From NCBI GenBank assembly GCA_963821525.1, contig CAWGED010000005.1, positions 896,001-960,000 on the forward strand: a DNA stretch of 64,000 bases, given 5' to 3'. The translations under genes were made by a program, and so were the position numbers. The stretch comes from an uncultured Gemmatimonadales bacterium (GTDB lineage Bacteria > Gemmatimonadota > Gemmatimonadetes > Gemmatimonadales > GWC2-71-9). Positions 53,906 through 64,000 of this stretch are shown here, in pieces. The notes under the pieces were generated by a model. That model was not told the DNA's origin, did no database searches, and saw only the letters and a program-made list of their open reading frames with translations. The first letter of the stretch is position 1. Every line of letters starts with the position of its first letter.

Positions 53906-55540
53906 GCGATCTCATTCGGGAGGAGCTGCAGCGCGTCGCCGAGGTGCTGGGAGGCAACGGGGCGAGCTTCGTGCTGGAGCGGCCGCGGGACCAGGGTCAC
54001 GGCGACCTGGCGACCAATCTCGCCATGGTGCTCGCCAAGGAGCTCAAGCAGAAACCCCGCGATCTCGCCCGCCGGGTGATCGAGGAGATCAAGCTCCCCT
54101 CCTCGGTCATCTCGAAGATGGAGATCGCCGGGCCCGGCTTCATCAACTTCTGGCTGGCGGCCGACGAGCTGTCTGCGCTCCTCGCGACCATTCTCGCCCA
54201 GGGCGCGGCCTATGGTCGCAGCGAAATGGGCCGCGGCCTCCGGGTCAACGTCGAGTTCGTCTCCGCCAATCCCACCGGACCGCTCCACGTGGGGCACGGT
54301 CGCGGTGCTGCGCTGGGTGATGCGATCGCCGCCCTGCTCCAGGCGACCGGCCACGAGGTCGTGCGCGAGTTCTACATCAACGACGCCGGTACCCAGATCG
54401 ACAAGCTGGCCCAGAGCCTCTGGGCCCGGGTGCAGCAGGCGGTGGGGCGAAGCGCCGAGGTTCCCGAGGGCGGCTATCACGGCTTGTACCTGAAGGAGAC
54501 CGCGGAACAGATCCTGGCACAGGAAGGCAGAGGCTTCGCCGATCTGCCGGAGGCGGAAGGGTCTCGAGCGTTGCCGCGCGATCGCGCTCATCACTCAGCG
54601 CCAGGAACAAGACGCGCTGCTCGCCGATTTCGGGGTCCGCTTCGAGGTGATGACCTCCGAGCAGTCGATCTACGATTCCGGCAAGGCGCAGCACGCGCTC
54701 GATGTCGTCGCCAAGCGGGGACTCACCTACGAGCAGGAAGGCGCCCTCTGGATCCGAACCTCCGACTTCGGAGACGACAAGGACCGGGTGCTTCGCAAGA
54801 GCGATGGCTCCTACACCTACCTCGCCCCCGACATCGCCTATCACCTCGACAAGCTGGAGCGGGGATTCCAGCGCGCGATTGACGTCTGGGGCGCCGATCA
54901 CCACGGCTACGTGCCGCGGCTCCGCTCGCTCCTCAAGGCGATGGGGGCACCCGATGACTTCTTCGAAGTGGCGCTGGTCCAGCTGGTGAAGGTGGTCCGG
55001 GGCGGGGAAGAGGTGAAGATGTCGAAGCGCTCCGGCGAGTTCGTCACCCTGCGGGACCTGCTCGACGAAGTCGGCGTGGACGCCGCCCGTTACTTTTTCC
55101 TGATGCGACAGGGCAGCTCACCCTTCACCTTCGATGTGGAGCTGGCCACCCGGCACACCGACGAGAACCCGGTCTACTACGTCCAGATGGCGCATGCCCG
55201 GATGAGCGGCATCTTCCGGGTGGCGGAGCGGGACCCTGAGTCGGTCTCGGGAGACGTGAGCCTGGAGGCGCTCCCGGCGCCCGAGGACCTGGAGCTGCTC
55301 AAGAAACTCGCGGTCTACCCCGAAGTCGTGGCCAAGGCCGCGCGAATGCGGGAGCCGCACCGGGTCACCGATTACCTGGAAGACCTCGCTCGCCTCGCCC
55401 ACGGCTGGTACCACAAGTGCCGAGTGCTCGGCGAACCACCTGCGACCGAGGCGGCGCGTCTCGCCCTCGCCCGTGCCGCCCGCATCGTGCTGGGCAACGG
55501 CCTCTCGCTGCTCGGCATCACCGCACCGGATCGGATGTGA
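53902..55540 (+). CDS. argS: Arginine--tRNA ligase (frameshift ~54560)
   Basis: GDLATN, AGPGFIN, EFVSANPTGPLHVGHGR, WGADHHGY, KMSKRSG, YYVQMAHAR. Confidence 0.97.
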
Positions 55541-55541
55541 T

Positions 55542-56463
55542 ATGAGCCTGCTTGTCGTCGGCAGTGTCGCGCTGGACTCGATCTCCACTCCCTTCGGTGA
55601 GGTGACCGACGCCCTGGGCGGCTCCGCGGTGTATTTCAGCGCCGCGGCATCGCTGCTCGGTCCGGTTCGCGTGGTCGGTGTGGTCGGCAACGACTATCCC
55701 GGTCGCCCAATTGCAACGGATCCGTCCCGGGGTAATCGACTGGTCGGGGGTCGAATCCCAGAAAGGGGAGAGCTTCCGCTGGAAGGGGAAGTATTCCTTC
55801 GACTTGAGCAGCAGAGAGACCCTCGACACCCGGCTCGGCGTCTTCGCCAACTTCCGCCCGTCGCTGCCGCCTTCGTTCGCCGCGACGCCGTTCGTCTTCC
55901 TCGGCAACATCGATCCCGAGCTGCAGCTCTCGGTCTTGAACCAGATGGAGCGGCCCAAGCTCGTCGCCTGCGACTCGATGAATTACTGGATCGAGAGCAA
56001 GAAGCCCCAGCTGCTGGAGGTGCTGAAGCGGGTGGACACGCTGCTGCTCAACGACAGCGAGCTGCGCGAACTCTCGGGAGACTGGAACGTGCACCGGGCC
56101 GGTCGCTGGGTCCTCGGTCGAGGCCCCCGTCGTGTGGTGGTGAAGCGGGGGGAATACGGCGCGCTGCTGATCGAGCCGGGGAAGACGTTCTTCGTCCCAG
56201 CGTTTCCGCTCGAGGAGGTGTTCGATCCGACCGGTGCAGGAGACTCCTTCGCCGGCGGATTCCTGGGTTACCTCGCCCGAACCGGCGATCTCTCGAGCGA
56301 GGGACTGCGTCGAGCGATGGTCTGCGGCGCCGTCATGGGCTCATACGCCGTCGCCAAGTTCTCCATCAGCGGATTCGACGGGGTGACGCCCGTATCGCTG
56401 CAAAAGCGGATCGCCGAGTTCCATGAACTGACCCAGGTCGATCTCGCGGGAACCATCGGATGA
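55542..56463 (+). CDS. PfkB family carbohydrate kinase (frameshift ~55700)
   Basis: VVGSVALD, LGGSA, GVVGNDY, VKRGEYG, DPTGAGDSFAGG. Confidence 0.92.
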
Positions 56464-57485
56464 CCGAACGGCAATACGCGGCCGCGGGCGTTGATCTGGA
56501 AAGCGCCGAGGCTGCGAAGGAACGAATTGGCCGGCTGGTGGCGGGGACCCGGACTGCGCTGTCTCTCGGACATGTCGGCGCCTTCGGTGGCATGGTCCGC
56601 GTTCCACCCGGGATGCGGAAGCCGGCGTTGGTGCTGAGCACCGACGGTGTCGGCACCAAGGTCCTGGTGGCGCTTGAGGCCGGGCGCTTCGATACCGTGG
56701 GAGAAGACCTGGTCAACCACAGCGTCAACGACATCCTGGTTCACGCGGCGCGTCCAATCGCCTTCATGGATTACATCGCCGGGTCGGCGCTCACGGTAGA
56801 GCAGATCGCGGGAATCGTGGAAGGGATTGCCCGGGCCTGCCGAGCTCATGAAATGGCGCTGGCGGGCGGAGAAACGGCGCAGATGCCGGGACTCTACCAG
56901 CCCGGACACTACGATCTGGCGGGCACCATCATCGGAGTGGTCGAGGAAGACGAGGCGCTGCACGGAGACAAGATCCGCCCCGGCGATCTCCTGCTGGCGT
57001 ACGCGTCCACCGGGCTACACACCAATGGGTACACGCTCGCCCGCCGAATCATCTTCGACACTCTCAAGCTTTCAACTCGAGATCCCCTACCGGAAACCGG
57101 CCAGAGCGTCGCCGATGCGCTCCTGGCTGTTCACAAAAGCTACTTCAAGGCGGTGTTTCCGGTCTTACCGCACATCCATGGGTTGGCTCACATCACAGGC
57201 GGCGGAATTCCCGGAAATTTGGTGCGGATCTTGCCCCCGGGTTGTGAAGCTGTTGTGCAGCAACGCAGTTGGGCGCTGCCCCCCTTATTCCGGCTCTTGC
57301 AGGGCGCCGGAAAGGTGTCGTCCGCCGAGATGCTGGATGTATTCAACCTCGGTGTAGGAATGATCGCCGTGCTGCCCCCGGCCGACATTAGCGCGGCGCA
57401 GCGTGCGGCGGCGGACGACGGAATCAAGACGTGGCTGCTGGGCGAGATCCGCTCGGGGTCCCGGGGGGTGACAATCATCGACTGA
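56460..57485 (+). CDS. purM: Phosphoribosylformylglycinamidine cyclo-ligase
   Basis: YAAAGVD, STDGVGTK, NDIL, GGETAQMP, GLHTNG, AHITGGG, FNLGVGM. Confidence 0.96.
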   Translation: MTERQYAAAGVDLESAEAAKERIGRLVAGTRTALSLGHVGAFGGMVRVPPGMRKPALVLSTDGVGTKVLVALEAGRFDTVGEDLVNHSVNDILVHAARPIAFMDYIAGSALTVEQIAGIVEGIARACRAHEMALAGGETAQMPGLYQPGHYDLAGTIIGVVEEDEALHGDKIRPGDLLLAYASTGLHTNGYTLARRIIFDTLKLSTRDPLPETGQSVADALLAVHKSYFKAVFPVLPHIHGLAHITGGGIPGNLVRILPPGCEAVVQQRSWALPPLFRLLQGAGKVSSAEMLDVFNLGVGMIAVLPPADISAAQRAAADDGIKTWLLGEIRSGSRGVTIID

Positions 57486-57501
57486 TTCAGGAGGTCCCCT
57501 C

Positions 57502-58455
57502 ATGCGTAGCCGTATCGGCGTCTTGTTCGCCGGCCTTTTGCTGCTCCCCACGACATCACTCCTGGCGCAGAACCCGCAATGCGGCGCCTACTTGGGTAAC
57601 GACGCCAACATCTGTAATGCAGCCATTGATGGCGCTGTATTGTTTCATCCAGTTGCCGGCATACTGGTGAGCGGCGGCAATCCGACGCTCGGCAGCGTGG
57701 GGACGTTGGGAGGCTTCCCCCACTTCACGATTTCGGCGCGAGTAAACGCCACCAAATTTCATCTCCCCGATCTGAATTACAACGGCACCGGCACCACGGT
57801 GGCCTCCGCGGACGAGGTCGTGGCACCGGCCCCCCTGGTCGAAGCCTCGCTCGGCATCTTCCGGGGCATGGGCAATGGCTTGCTGGCGATCGACCTGCTG
57901 GGCTCCGCTCAGCTGCTTCCCACGAACGCGATCGACAATTTCAGTGTGGACAAGGACGCTACCTCGATCGGAGACGTCGCCTTGGGGTTTGGTTTCGGCG
58001 CCCGGGTTGGGGTGACCAATCAGATGGGGGCGATTCCGGCGATTTCGGTTTCCGCGATGCGCCGCAGCATTCCCGAGGTGAGATACGGTGACGTCACCCA
58101 GGGCGACGAATACCGTTTCGGCGTGGACCTGGACGCGACCAACCTCCGCGCGATGGCGGGCTATGGCTTCGGTGTCGCGAGCATCGGCGGCGGACTGGGC
58201 TGGGACAAGTACACCGGCAACGCCGACATCGAATTCATCCCGACGATCGGTCCGGCTCAAGTCGTTGTCAAGGATCTCGACCAGGAACGGACGCTTGCCT
58301 TCCTGGATGCGGGACTCAACTTCGGCGTGCTCAACCTGGTGGGTGAGGTCGGCTGGCAGTTCGGGAAAGACCTGAATCTCAGCACCACCTTCGAGGACAA
58401 CGACCCCAAGGACAGCCGCCTGTTCGGTTCGGCGGCGCTCAGCTTCACCTTCTAG
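57502..58455 (+). CDS. Hypothetical outer-membrane beta-barrel protein
   Basis: Signal peptide, Gly-rich amphipathic strands, C-terminal ALSFTF. GGAGG RBS. Confidence 0.75.
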   Translation: MRSRIGVLFAGLLLLPTTSLLAQNPQCGAYLGNDANICNAAIDGAVLFHPVAGILVSGGNPTLGSVGTLGGFPHFTISARVNATKFHLPDLNYNGTGTTVASADEVVAPAPLVEASLGIFRGMGNGLLAIDLLGSAQLLPTNAIDNFSVDKDATSIGDVALGFGFGARVGVTNQMGAIPAISVSAMRRSIPEVRYGDVTQGDEYRFGVDLDATNLRAMAGYGFGVASIGGGLGWDKYTGNADIEFIPTIGPAQVVVKDLDQERTLAFLDAGLNFGVLNLVGEVGWQFGKDLNLSTTFEDNDPKDSRLFGSAALSFTF

Positions 58456-58477
58456 TAGAACTTGAACCTGGTTTCAA

Positions 58478-58510
58478 CGAGGCCCGGCAGGCGCCGGGCC
58501 TCGCTGTTAT
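58478..58510 (+). terminator. Putative intrinsic terminator
   Basis: Perfect 11-bp stem CGAGGCCCGGC-aggc-GCCGGGCCTCG followed by ctgttatt. Confidence 0.6.
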
Positions 58511-58553
58511 TCCGCCCTTGTCAGCCCGCAGATCGTAGCAGATCTTCCGCTCT

Positions 58554-59646
58554 GTGAATCAATTCGATGCAATGGGCCGGGCCCTCGAACTCGCCTGGAA
58601 TGGGTGGGGTCGGGTGGCGCCGAACCCGCTGGTCGGCGCTGTGGTGCTCCAAGGAGATGAGCTAGTCGGGGAAGGGTTTCACGCCGAGTTCGGCGAGCGG
58701 CACGCCGAGGTTGCGGCACTGGAGGCGGCGGGCTCTCGGGCGGCGGGAAGCACCGTCCTCGTCACCCTGGAACCCTGCAATCACCAGGGAAAGCAGCCGC
58801 CCTGTACTGGGGCACTCATCAAGGCCGGCGTGCGCGAAGTCATCGCCGCCGTCGCCGATCCCAATCCCGAAGCGGGCGGTGGCGCGGCAGCTCTGATCTC
58901 CCAGGGCATCAAGGTCGAAATCGGGCTCCGCGCCGAGGAGGCCTCGCGCCAGAACGCGGCATTCCTGCACCAGTTCACCGGGACCGAGCGCCCCTTCGTC
59001 GCCCTCAAGCTGGCCACCACTCTCGACGGCAAGATCGCGGACCACGCCGGCCGCTCCCGCTGGATCTCGGGGGCCAAGGCCCGGGAGTTCGTGCACTGGC
59101 TCCGGGCCGGTTACGATGCGATCGGTGTCGGTGGTTATACCGCCCGGACCGATGACGCGTCGCTCACCGCCCGGGGAAGTGTGGAACCCAGGATCCCTGC
59201 CCAAACGCGTGGTATTCGACCGGCTGGGAGATCTTCCCGCCAGCCTCACCCTGGTGAAGACCGCGCGGGAGATTCCCACGCTTCTCCTCACCACTCCGCA
59301 GGCGTCTCCCGCCAAGGTGGACGCACTCGAATCAGCCGGGGTCGAGGTGCACCAGAGCGCGTCGCTCACCGCCGCACTGGGCCTGCTGGGACGGCAAGGG
59401 GTGCAATCAATGCTGGTCGAGGGAGGGGGCCGCATGGCCGGAGCGCTGCTCGCCGAAGGTCTGGTGGATCGCTATTACTGGATTCAATCCCCAGTCTGGC
59501 TCGGCGACGGTGGCATTCCCGCGGTCGAAGGGTTTCCGGGTTCCCGCCTGATGGAGGCGGAGCGCTGGCAGGTGGTCGAGCGCCGTGCGCTGGGAGAGGA
59601 CACACTCCTCGTGGTGGATCGGGCGGGATGTTTACCGGAATCGTGA
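58554..59646 (+). CDS. ribD: Riboflavin biosynthesis deaminase/reductase (frameshift ~59200)
   Basis: PNPLVGA, HAE, TLEPC...PPC, LDGKIA, SRWISG, LVEGG. Confidence 0.95.
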
Positions 59647-60218
59647 CCGCGGTCGGCAGCGTTCGACGCGCGACTCAGGGCTCCGACGGACTGAGCCTCG
59701 AGATCGCGGCACCGTATACCGATCTCGCGGCGGGCGAGAGCATCGCCGTGGATGGCGCCTGCCTCACCGTGGAGCGGATGGGAGAGGGGTGGTTCTCGGT
59801 CCACGTGATCAAGACCTCGCTCGACCGCACCAACTTCGGATCGCTGGAGGCGGGCCGCAGCGTGAACCTGGAGCGTGCCCTCCAGGTCGGGGATCGACTG
59901 GGCGGGCACCTGGTGCAGGGTCACGTTGACGGTGTGGGGACCGTGGAGCGGGTAAGCCAGCAACAGGACGCCCGGCTCCTCGACATCCGCGCCCCCGCCG
60001 AAGTGGCGCAAGTCTCTATTCCACTAGGGTCTGTGACGGTGGACGGGGTCAGCCTGACGGTTAACGCCTTACCGGCGCCGAATTTGATCCAGGTCTCCCT
60101 CATCCCGTTTACTTTACAGCATACGACCCTTGGCCAACGGCAGGCCGGAGATAGGGTGCATCTGGAGGCGGACACGGTCGGCAAGTACGTCAGGCATTTG
60201 CTAAAGGAGAGGGAGTAA
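59628..60218 (+). CDS. ribE: Riboflavin synthase
   Basis: MFTGIV, SIAVDGACLTV, VNLERAL, GGHLVQGHVD, SVTVDGVSLTV. Confidence 0.95.
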   Translation: MFTGIVTAVGSVRRATQGSDGLSLEIAAPYTDLAAGESIAVDGACLTVERMGEGWFSVHVIKTSLDRTNFGSLEAGRSVNLERALQVGDRLGGHLVQGHVDGVGTVERVSQQQDARLLDIRAPAEVAQVSIPLGSVTVDGVSLTVNALPAPNLIQVSLIPFTLQHTTLGQRQAGDRVHLEADTVGKYVRHLLKERE

Positions 60219-60220
60219 TC

Positions 60221-60320
60221 AGTACCTAGTACCGAGTACCTAGCGAGTACCTAGTACCGAGTACCTAGACCGGTTCTGGCTATTGGCTAACGGCTAATAG
60301 CTAACAGCTAACAGCTAACA
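60221..60320. repeat. Stacked heptamer arrays AGTACC(T/G) and GCTAA(C/T)(A/G)
   Basis: Arrays at 60221-60268 and 60278-60320, inside the rib operon. Confidence 0.85.
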
Positions 60321-60322
60321 CC

Positions 60323-61529
60323 ATGACCTTCGGCACCATCGAGCAAGCCATCGAAGACCTCCGGAACGGCAAACTCATCATCGTCGCCGATGACGAGGAC
60401 CGGGAGAACGAGGGCGACCTGATCTGCGCGGCAGAGCTGGTCACCCCCGAGATGGTCAATTTCATGATCACCCACGCTCGCGGCTGGGTGTGTCTCGCCC
60501 TGACGCACGAGCGGTGCGACGAGTTGGGTCTCCAGCAGATGGAGAGCCAGAACTCCGAGTCGATGCGGACGGCGTTCACCGTCACCATCGATGCGGATCA
60601 TCGCTTCGGCGTCACCACTGGCATCTCAGCCTCCGACCGGGCCAAGACGATTCACGTCGCCATCAATCCCGCGACGATCCCTTCCGATCTCCACCGTCCG
60701 GGACACGTGAACCCGGTGCGGGCCCGTCCCGGTGGCGTGCTGCAGCGCGTTGGACATACCGAGGCCGCGGTGGATCTGGCTCGGCTCGCCGGTCTTTATC
60801 CGGCCGGAGTGATCTGCGAGGTGCTCAATCAGGATGGGTCCAGCGCTCGGCGGCCTCAGCTCGAGGCTTTCGCGGAGCAGTACGGTCTCACATTTGTCAC
60901 GGTCGCCCAGCTGGTGGCCTACCGGCTCCGGATGGAGCAGCTGGTTCATCGTCTCGCCGAGGCGAAACTGCCGACCAAGTACGGCGAGTTCACCATCATC
61001 GGCTACAGCAACGATGTGGACCAGGCTCAGCACGTCGCACTGGTGATGGGTGATGTCGCGGGCAAACCCAACATCCTGGTGCGGATGCACTCCAAGTGTC
61101 TGACCGGAGATGTCTTCGGCTCCGAGCGTTGCGACTGTGGTCTCCAGTTGAGTCTCGCGATGGAAAAGATCGGCGGCCGAGGGTGCCGGAGTCATCGTCT
61201 ATCTGGATCAGGAGGGGCGGGGCATCGGGCTGCTCAACAAGCTCAAGGCCTACGCCCTGCAGGATGCCGGCGCGGATACGGTGCAGGCCAATCAGAAGCT
61301 GGGTTTCGCGCCGGATCTTCGGAACTACGGAATCGGCGCCCAGATCCTCCGGGACCTGGGTCTTTCTTCCATCCGCGTCATGACCAACAATCCCCGCAAG
61401 CTGGTCGGCCTCGAGGGGTACGGCCTGGAAATCGTGGAACGCATTCCTCTCGTCACCGATCCCAACCTCCAGAACCGGGCTTACCTCGACGCCAAGCGGG
61501 ACAAGCTCGGGCATCTCCTCACTCACTGA
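60323..61529 (+). CDS. ribBA: Bifunctional DHBP synthase / GTP cyclohydrolase II (frameshift ~61170)
   Basis: [56 protein letters not shown]. Confidence 0.95.
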
Positions 61530-61532
61530 TCC

Positions 61533-62006
61533 GTGGCTGAATTTCGTGGCCGGCTGCGCGCCATCGGGCGCGTCGCGGTCCTGGTGAGTCTCTACAACGA
61601 GCTCGTGACGGCGAAGCTGCTCGAAGGGGCGCTCGCGTGCTGCCGTGAAGCCGGTATTCCGGAAACGGACGTCGACGTGGTCTGGCTTCCGGGCGCATTC
61701 GAGCTGGGCGCCGCCGCCTCGGTGGCGGCGGAGAGCGGACGTTACGCCGCCATCGTGGCACTGGGGGCGGTGATCCGTGGCGAGACGGCGCATTTCCATT
61801 ACGTCGCAGGCGAGGCCGCGCGCGGGCTCAATGAGGTCGCAGTCCGGACCGGCATTCCGGTGGGGTTCGGCGTGCTCACCACGGATGACCTGGAACAGGC
61901 GCTGGCTCGCGCCGGCGGTGCTGCGGGGAACAAGGGACACGAAGCGGCCGAGGCGGCGCTCACGGCAGCCGACGTGCTGGCGCAGATTCGAGCCAGCCGT
62001 GCTTAG
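61533..62006 (+). CDS. ribH: 6,7-dimethyl-8-ribityllumazine synthase
   Basis: PGAFEL, LGAVIRGETAHFHY, GVLTTD, NKG. Confidence 0.95.
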   Translation: MAEFRGRLRAIGRVAVLVSLYNELVTAKLLEGALACCREAGIPETDVDVVWLPGAFELGAAASVAAESGRYAAIVALGAVIRGETAHFHYVAGEAARGLNEVAVRTGIPVGFGVLTTDDLEQALARAGGAAGNKGHEAAEAALTAADVLAQIRASRA

Positions 62007-62412
62007 AGCGGAGACCAAGGCGCGGGCCCGTGCGCTGCAGATGCTCTATGCGTGGGAGCTGACCGGCAATCTGCCTATTGCGGAGACCGCCACTCGGCTC
62101 GCACGGTTGACGGGCCCCGACCCCCTCGTGTTCGATCGTGCCGAGGCGCTCGCGACCGGAGTGGTCGCCGCGGCGGAGAGCCTGGACCGGGAAACCGAGG
62201 CCGCGGCCGATAACTGGCGGCTCAGCCGCATCGGCACCGTGGAGCGGAACATTCTGCGTCTCGCGACCTACGAGCTGCGACTGGGAGAAGAACCGCCCAA
62301 GGTCGTCATCAACGAAGCGGTGCAACTGGCGCACTGGTTCGCCGGTGCGAAGGCTCCGGCCTTCATCAACGGTGTGCTGGACCGGATCGCTCATTCGCTG
62401 GGTCGCTTGTGA
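61999..62412 (+). CDS. nusB: Transcription antitermination factor
   Basis: ARARALQMLY, NWRLSRI, ERNILRLA, VVINEAV, FINGVLD. Confidence 0.93.
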   Translation: MLRAETKARARALQMLYAWELTGNLPIAETATRLARLTGPDPLVFDRAEALATGVVAAAESLDRETEAAADNWRLSRIGTVERNILRLATYELRLGEEPPKVVINEAVQLAHWFAGAKAPAFINGVLDRIAHSLGRL

Positions 62413-63599
62413 ACATCCTGCTGGTGAACTGGCAGGATCGGGAAAATCCCCATGCGGGAGGCGCCGAGATCCATCTGTTCGAGATCTTCGGTCGTCTTGC
62501 GGCACGAGGGCACCGGATCCGGCTGGTCGCCTCGGGCTGGCGGGGTTGTGCTCCGCGTGCCATGCTGGATGGTATCGATATTCAGCGCGTGGGAGAGCGG
62601 AACAGTTTCGCACTTCATGGACGGGGAGCAGTCCGGCGTGCGCTCCGGGCGGAACGACCCGACGTAGTGATCGAGGACATCAACAAGATCCCGCTGTTCC
62701 TCGCGGGACTTACCGACTTGCCGCTGGGCGTCATCATTCCTCATCTGTTCGGTACCACGGTATTTCAGGAGGCCCCATGGCCCATGGCGGCGCTGGTCTG
62801 GCTGCTGGAGCGGCCGATTCCCGCGGCATACCGTCGAGCGGGATTCCACGCCATCAGCGACAGCACCCGAGATGACCTCGTGGCTCGAGGAGTTCCCCGG
62901 GACCAGATCACCGTGATCCGTCCCGGCATCGACGCGAACGCCTTCCGGCCCGACCCGTCCGTGCCTCGCAGCGCACCGCCATCTTTCCTTTATGTAGGGC
63001 GACTGCGACGCTACAAGGGCGTGGATATTGCGATTCGGGCCCTGGCCGTGGCGCGAGAGCAACGACCCGACATCGAATTGGATATCGCGGGGACCGGGGC
63101 CGACCGCCCACGACTCGAAGCGCTCGCAGAACAGCTCCGCGTGAAGGGCGCGGTACGCTTCCGGGGCTTCGTGAGCGAGGCGGAAAAATTGCGTCTGTTA
63201 CGGAGCACCTGGGCCAACGTTTTCCCCTCGCCCAAAGAAGGGTGGGGCATCACCAACATCGAGGCCGCCGCGTCAGGCACGCCCTCTCTAGCCTCGGATA
63301 GTCCGGGGCTGCGAGATTCGGTTCGGGACGGCGAAACCGGATTCCTGGTGCCTCACGGCGACGTAAACGCGATGGCCGCCCGCATGGTGGAACTGGCGGG
63401 CGATCAGGCCCTGGTGAATCGCCTCGGCGTTGGAGCCCGCCGTTTCGCCGAATCCCTGAGCTGGGACGCCGCAGCGGACCAGACCGAGCGCTGGATCGAA
63501 GGATTGCTGGGCCATTCGGGGCAGTGGGCGGGGGCGGAGAACCGCAGGAACCAAGTCGAACCGTTGAATCTGAGCAGACCGATCGCCGAAAGCCGATAG
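62409..63599 (+). CDS. Glycosyltransferase family 4
   Basis: NPHAGGAE, YVGRLRRYKG, PSPKEGWGITNIEAAASG (ExxxxxxxE), DGETG. Confidence 0.92.
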   Translation: MNILLVNWQDRENPHAGGAEIHLFEIFGRLAARGHRIRLVASGWRGCAPRAMLDGIDIQRVGERNSFALHGRGAVRRALRAERPDVVIEDINKIPLFLAGLTDLPLGVIIPHLFGTTVFQEAPWPMAALVWLLERPIPAAYRRAGFHAISDSTRDDLVARGVPRDQITVIRPGIDANAFRPDPSVPRSAPPSFLYVGRLRRYKGVDIAIRALAVAREQRPDIELDIAGTGADRPRLEALAEQLRVKGAVRFRGFVSEAEKLRLLRSTWANVFPSPKEGWGITNIEAAASGTPSLASDSPGLRDSVRDGETGFLVPHGDVNAMAARMVELAGDQALVNRLGVGARRFAESLSWDAAADQTERWIEGLLGHSGQWAGAENRRNQVEPLNLSRPIAESR

Positions 63600-63623
63600 C
63601 CTCTGACCATCTGTGGAGGTCTT

Positions 63624-63935
63624 ATGAACACTACCATCACCGCTCGCCATTGCGAGATTTCCGACGAATTGCGGACCCGGGCCGAGGAAGTTCTGGGTCG
63701 TTTGGGCAGCCTGACGGACCGTCCGGTGGACGGCGCCGTTGTCTTCGATGTCGCGCCCAACCTCTGGCAGGTTGAAATCAGACTGCACATCTCCCGCGGC
63801 GACATCTTCGTCGGAACCGGTGAGGAGAAGGACCACCGCACGGCGCTGGACCGGGCGGAAGAAAAAGTCCGCCGCCAGCTCGACAAGTTCGAGCCCGGCA
63901 AGAAGGGGCGGCGCCCATTGAAGGACGCCGTGTGA
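63624..63935 (+). CDS. hpf: HPF/RaiA family ribosome-associated protein
   Basis: TITARHCEISDELR...ALDRAEEKVRRQL. Short form. Confidence 0.8.
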   Translation: MNTTITARHCEISDELRTRAEEVLGRLGSLTDRPVDGAVVFDVAPNLWQVEIRLHISRGDIFVGTGEEKDHRTALDRAEEKVRRQLDKFEPGKKGRRPLKDAV

Positions 63936-64000
63936 CGATATCGCTGCGCGACCTGCTGTCGCGGCGGACCGATCCGCTACAACTCTCTCCGCTGACCGGG
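63932..64000 (+). CDS. 3'-truncated gene start, possibly HPr kinase/phosphorylase
   Basis: GTGA overlap with the hpf stop, reading VTISLRDLLSRRTDPLQLSPLTG. Identity is suggested only by the common hpf-hprK order. Confidence 0.35.
   Translation, partial: MTISLRDLLSRRTDPLQLSPLTG

Noticed and set aside
58455..58554. FMN riboswitch upstream of ribD
   Set aside because: The spacer is about 100 nt, contains a simple terminator-like hairpin, and I see no FMN aptamer motifs.
58554..60218. RibD-RibE fusion (554-aa ORF in the track)
   Set aside because: Artefact of a frameshift near 59200. The ribD reductase domain continues in another frame, and ribE has its own MFTGIV start.

Overview
GC-rich bacterial chromosome segment. 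Gene order and protein style suggest Gemmatimonadota (inference). Nearly all genes are on the + strand. Many ORFs, including essential ones, are split by single-base indels that look like uncorrected long-read errors, so CDS calls are given as reconstructed full genes. Contents in order: (1) 1-10.6 kb, a signalling operon with DUF4388/PATAN-TPR proteins, three Roadblock/MglB-type proteins, the MglA GTPase, a protein with two DnaA-type AAA+ domains but no DNA-binding domain, CheR, CheD, CheB and two CheW; (2) tRNA-Val(TAC), a secreted TPR protein and tRNA-Asp(GTC); (3) a dcw cluster from rsmH to ftsZ, lacking mraZ, murB and ddl; (4) housekeeping genes: M23 peptidase, hisA, ftsY, recG, asnS, mazG, alr, deoB, cdd, miaB, ComFB, comEC, fbp, methylmalonyl-CoA mutase, argS, purM, the rib operon, nusB and hpf. 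Three things stand out. First, a GxxExxY (PD-(D/E)XK-type) nuclease gene sits inside the loop of one unit of a ~150-bp palindromic tandem-repeat array whose other units are empty, a candidate autonomous/non-autonomous selfish element. Second, the tandem DnaA-like ATPase is embedded in the Mgl/Che polarity module. Third, many different 7-9-mer tandem arrays, often in inverted pairs, lie between genes and also enter coding sequence in frame.
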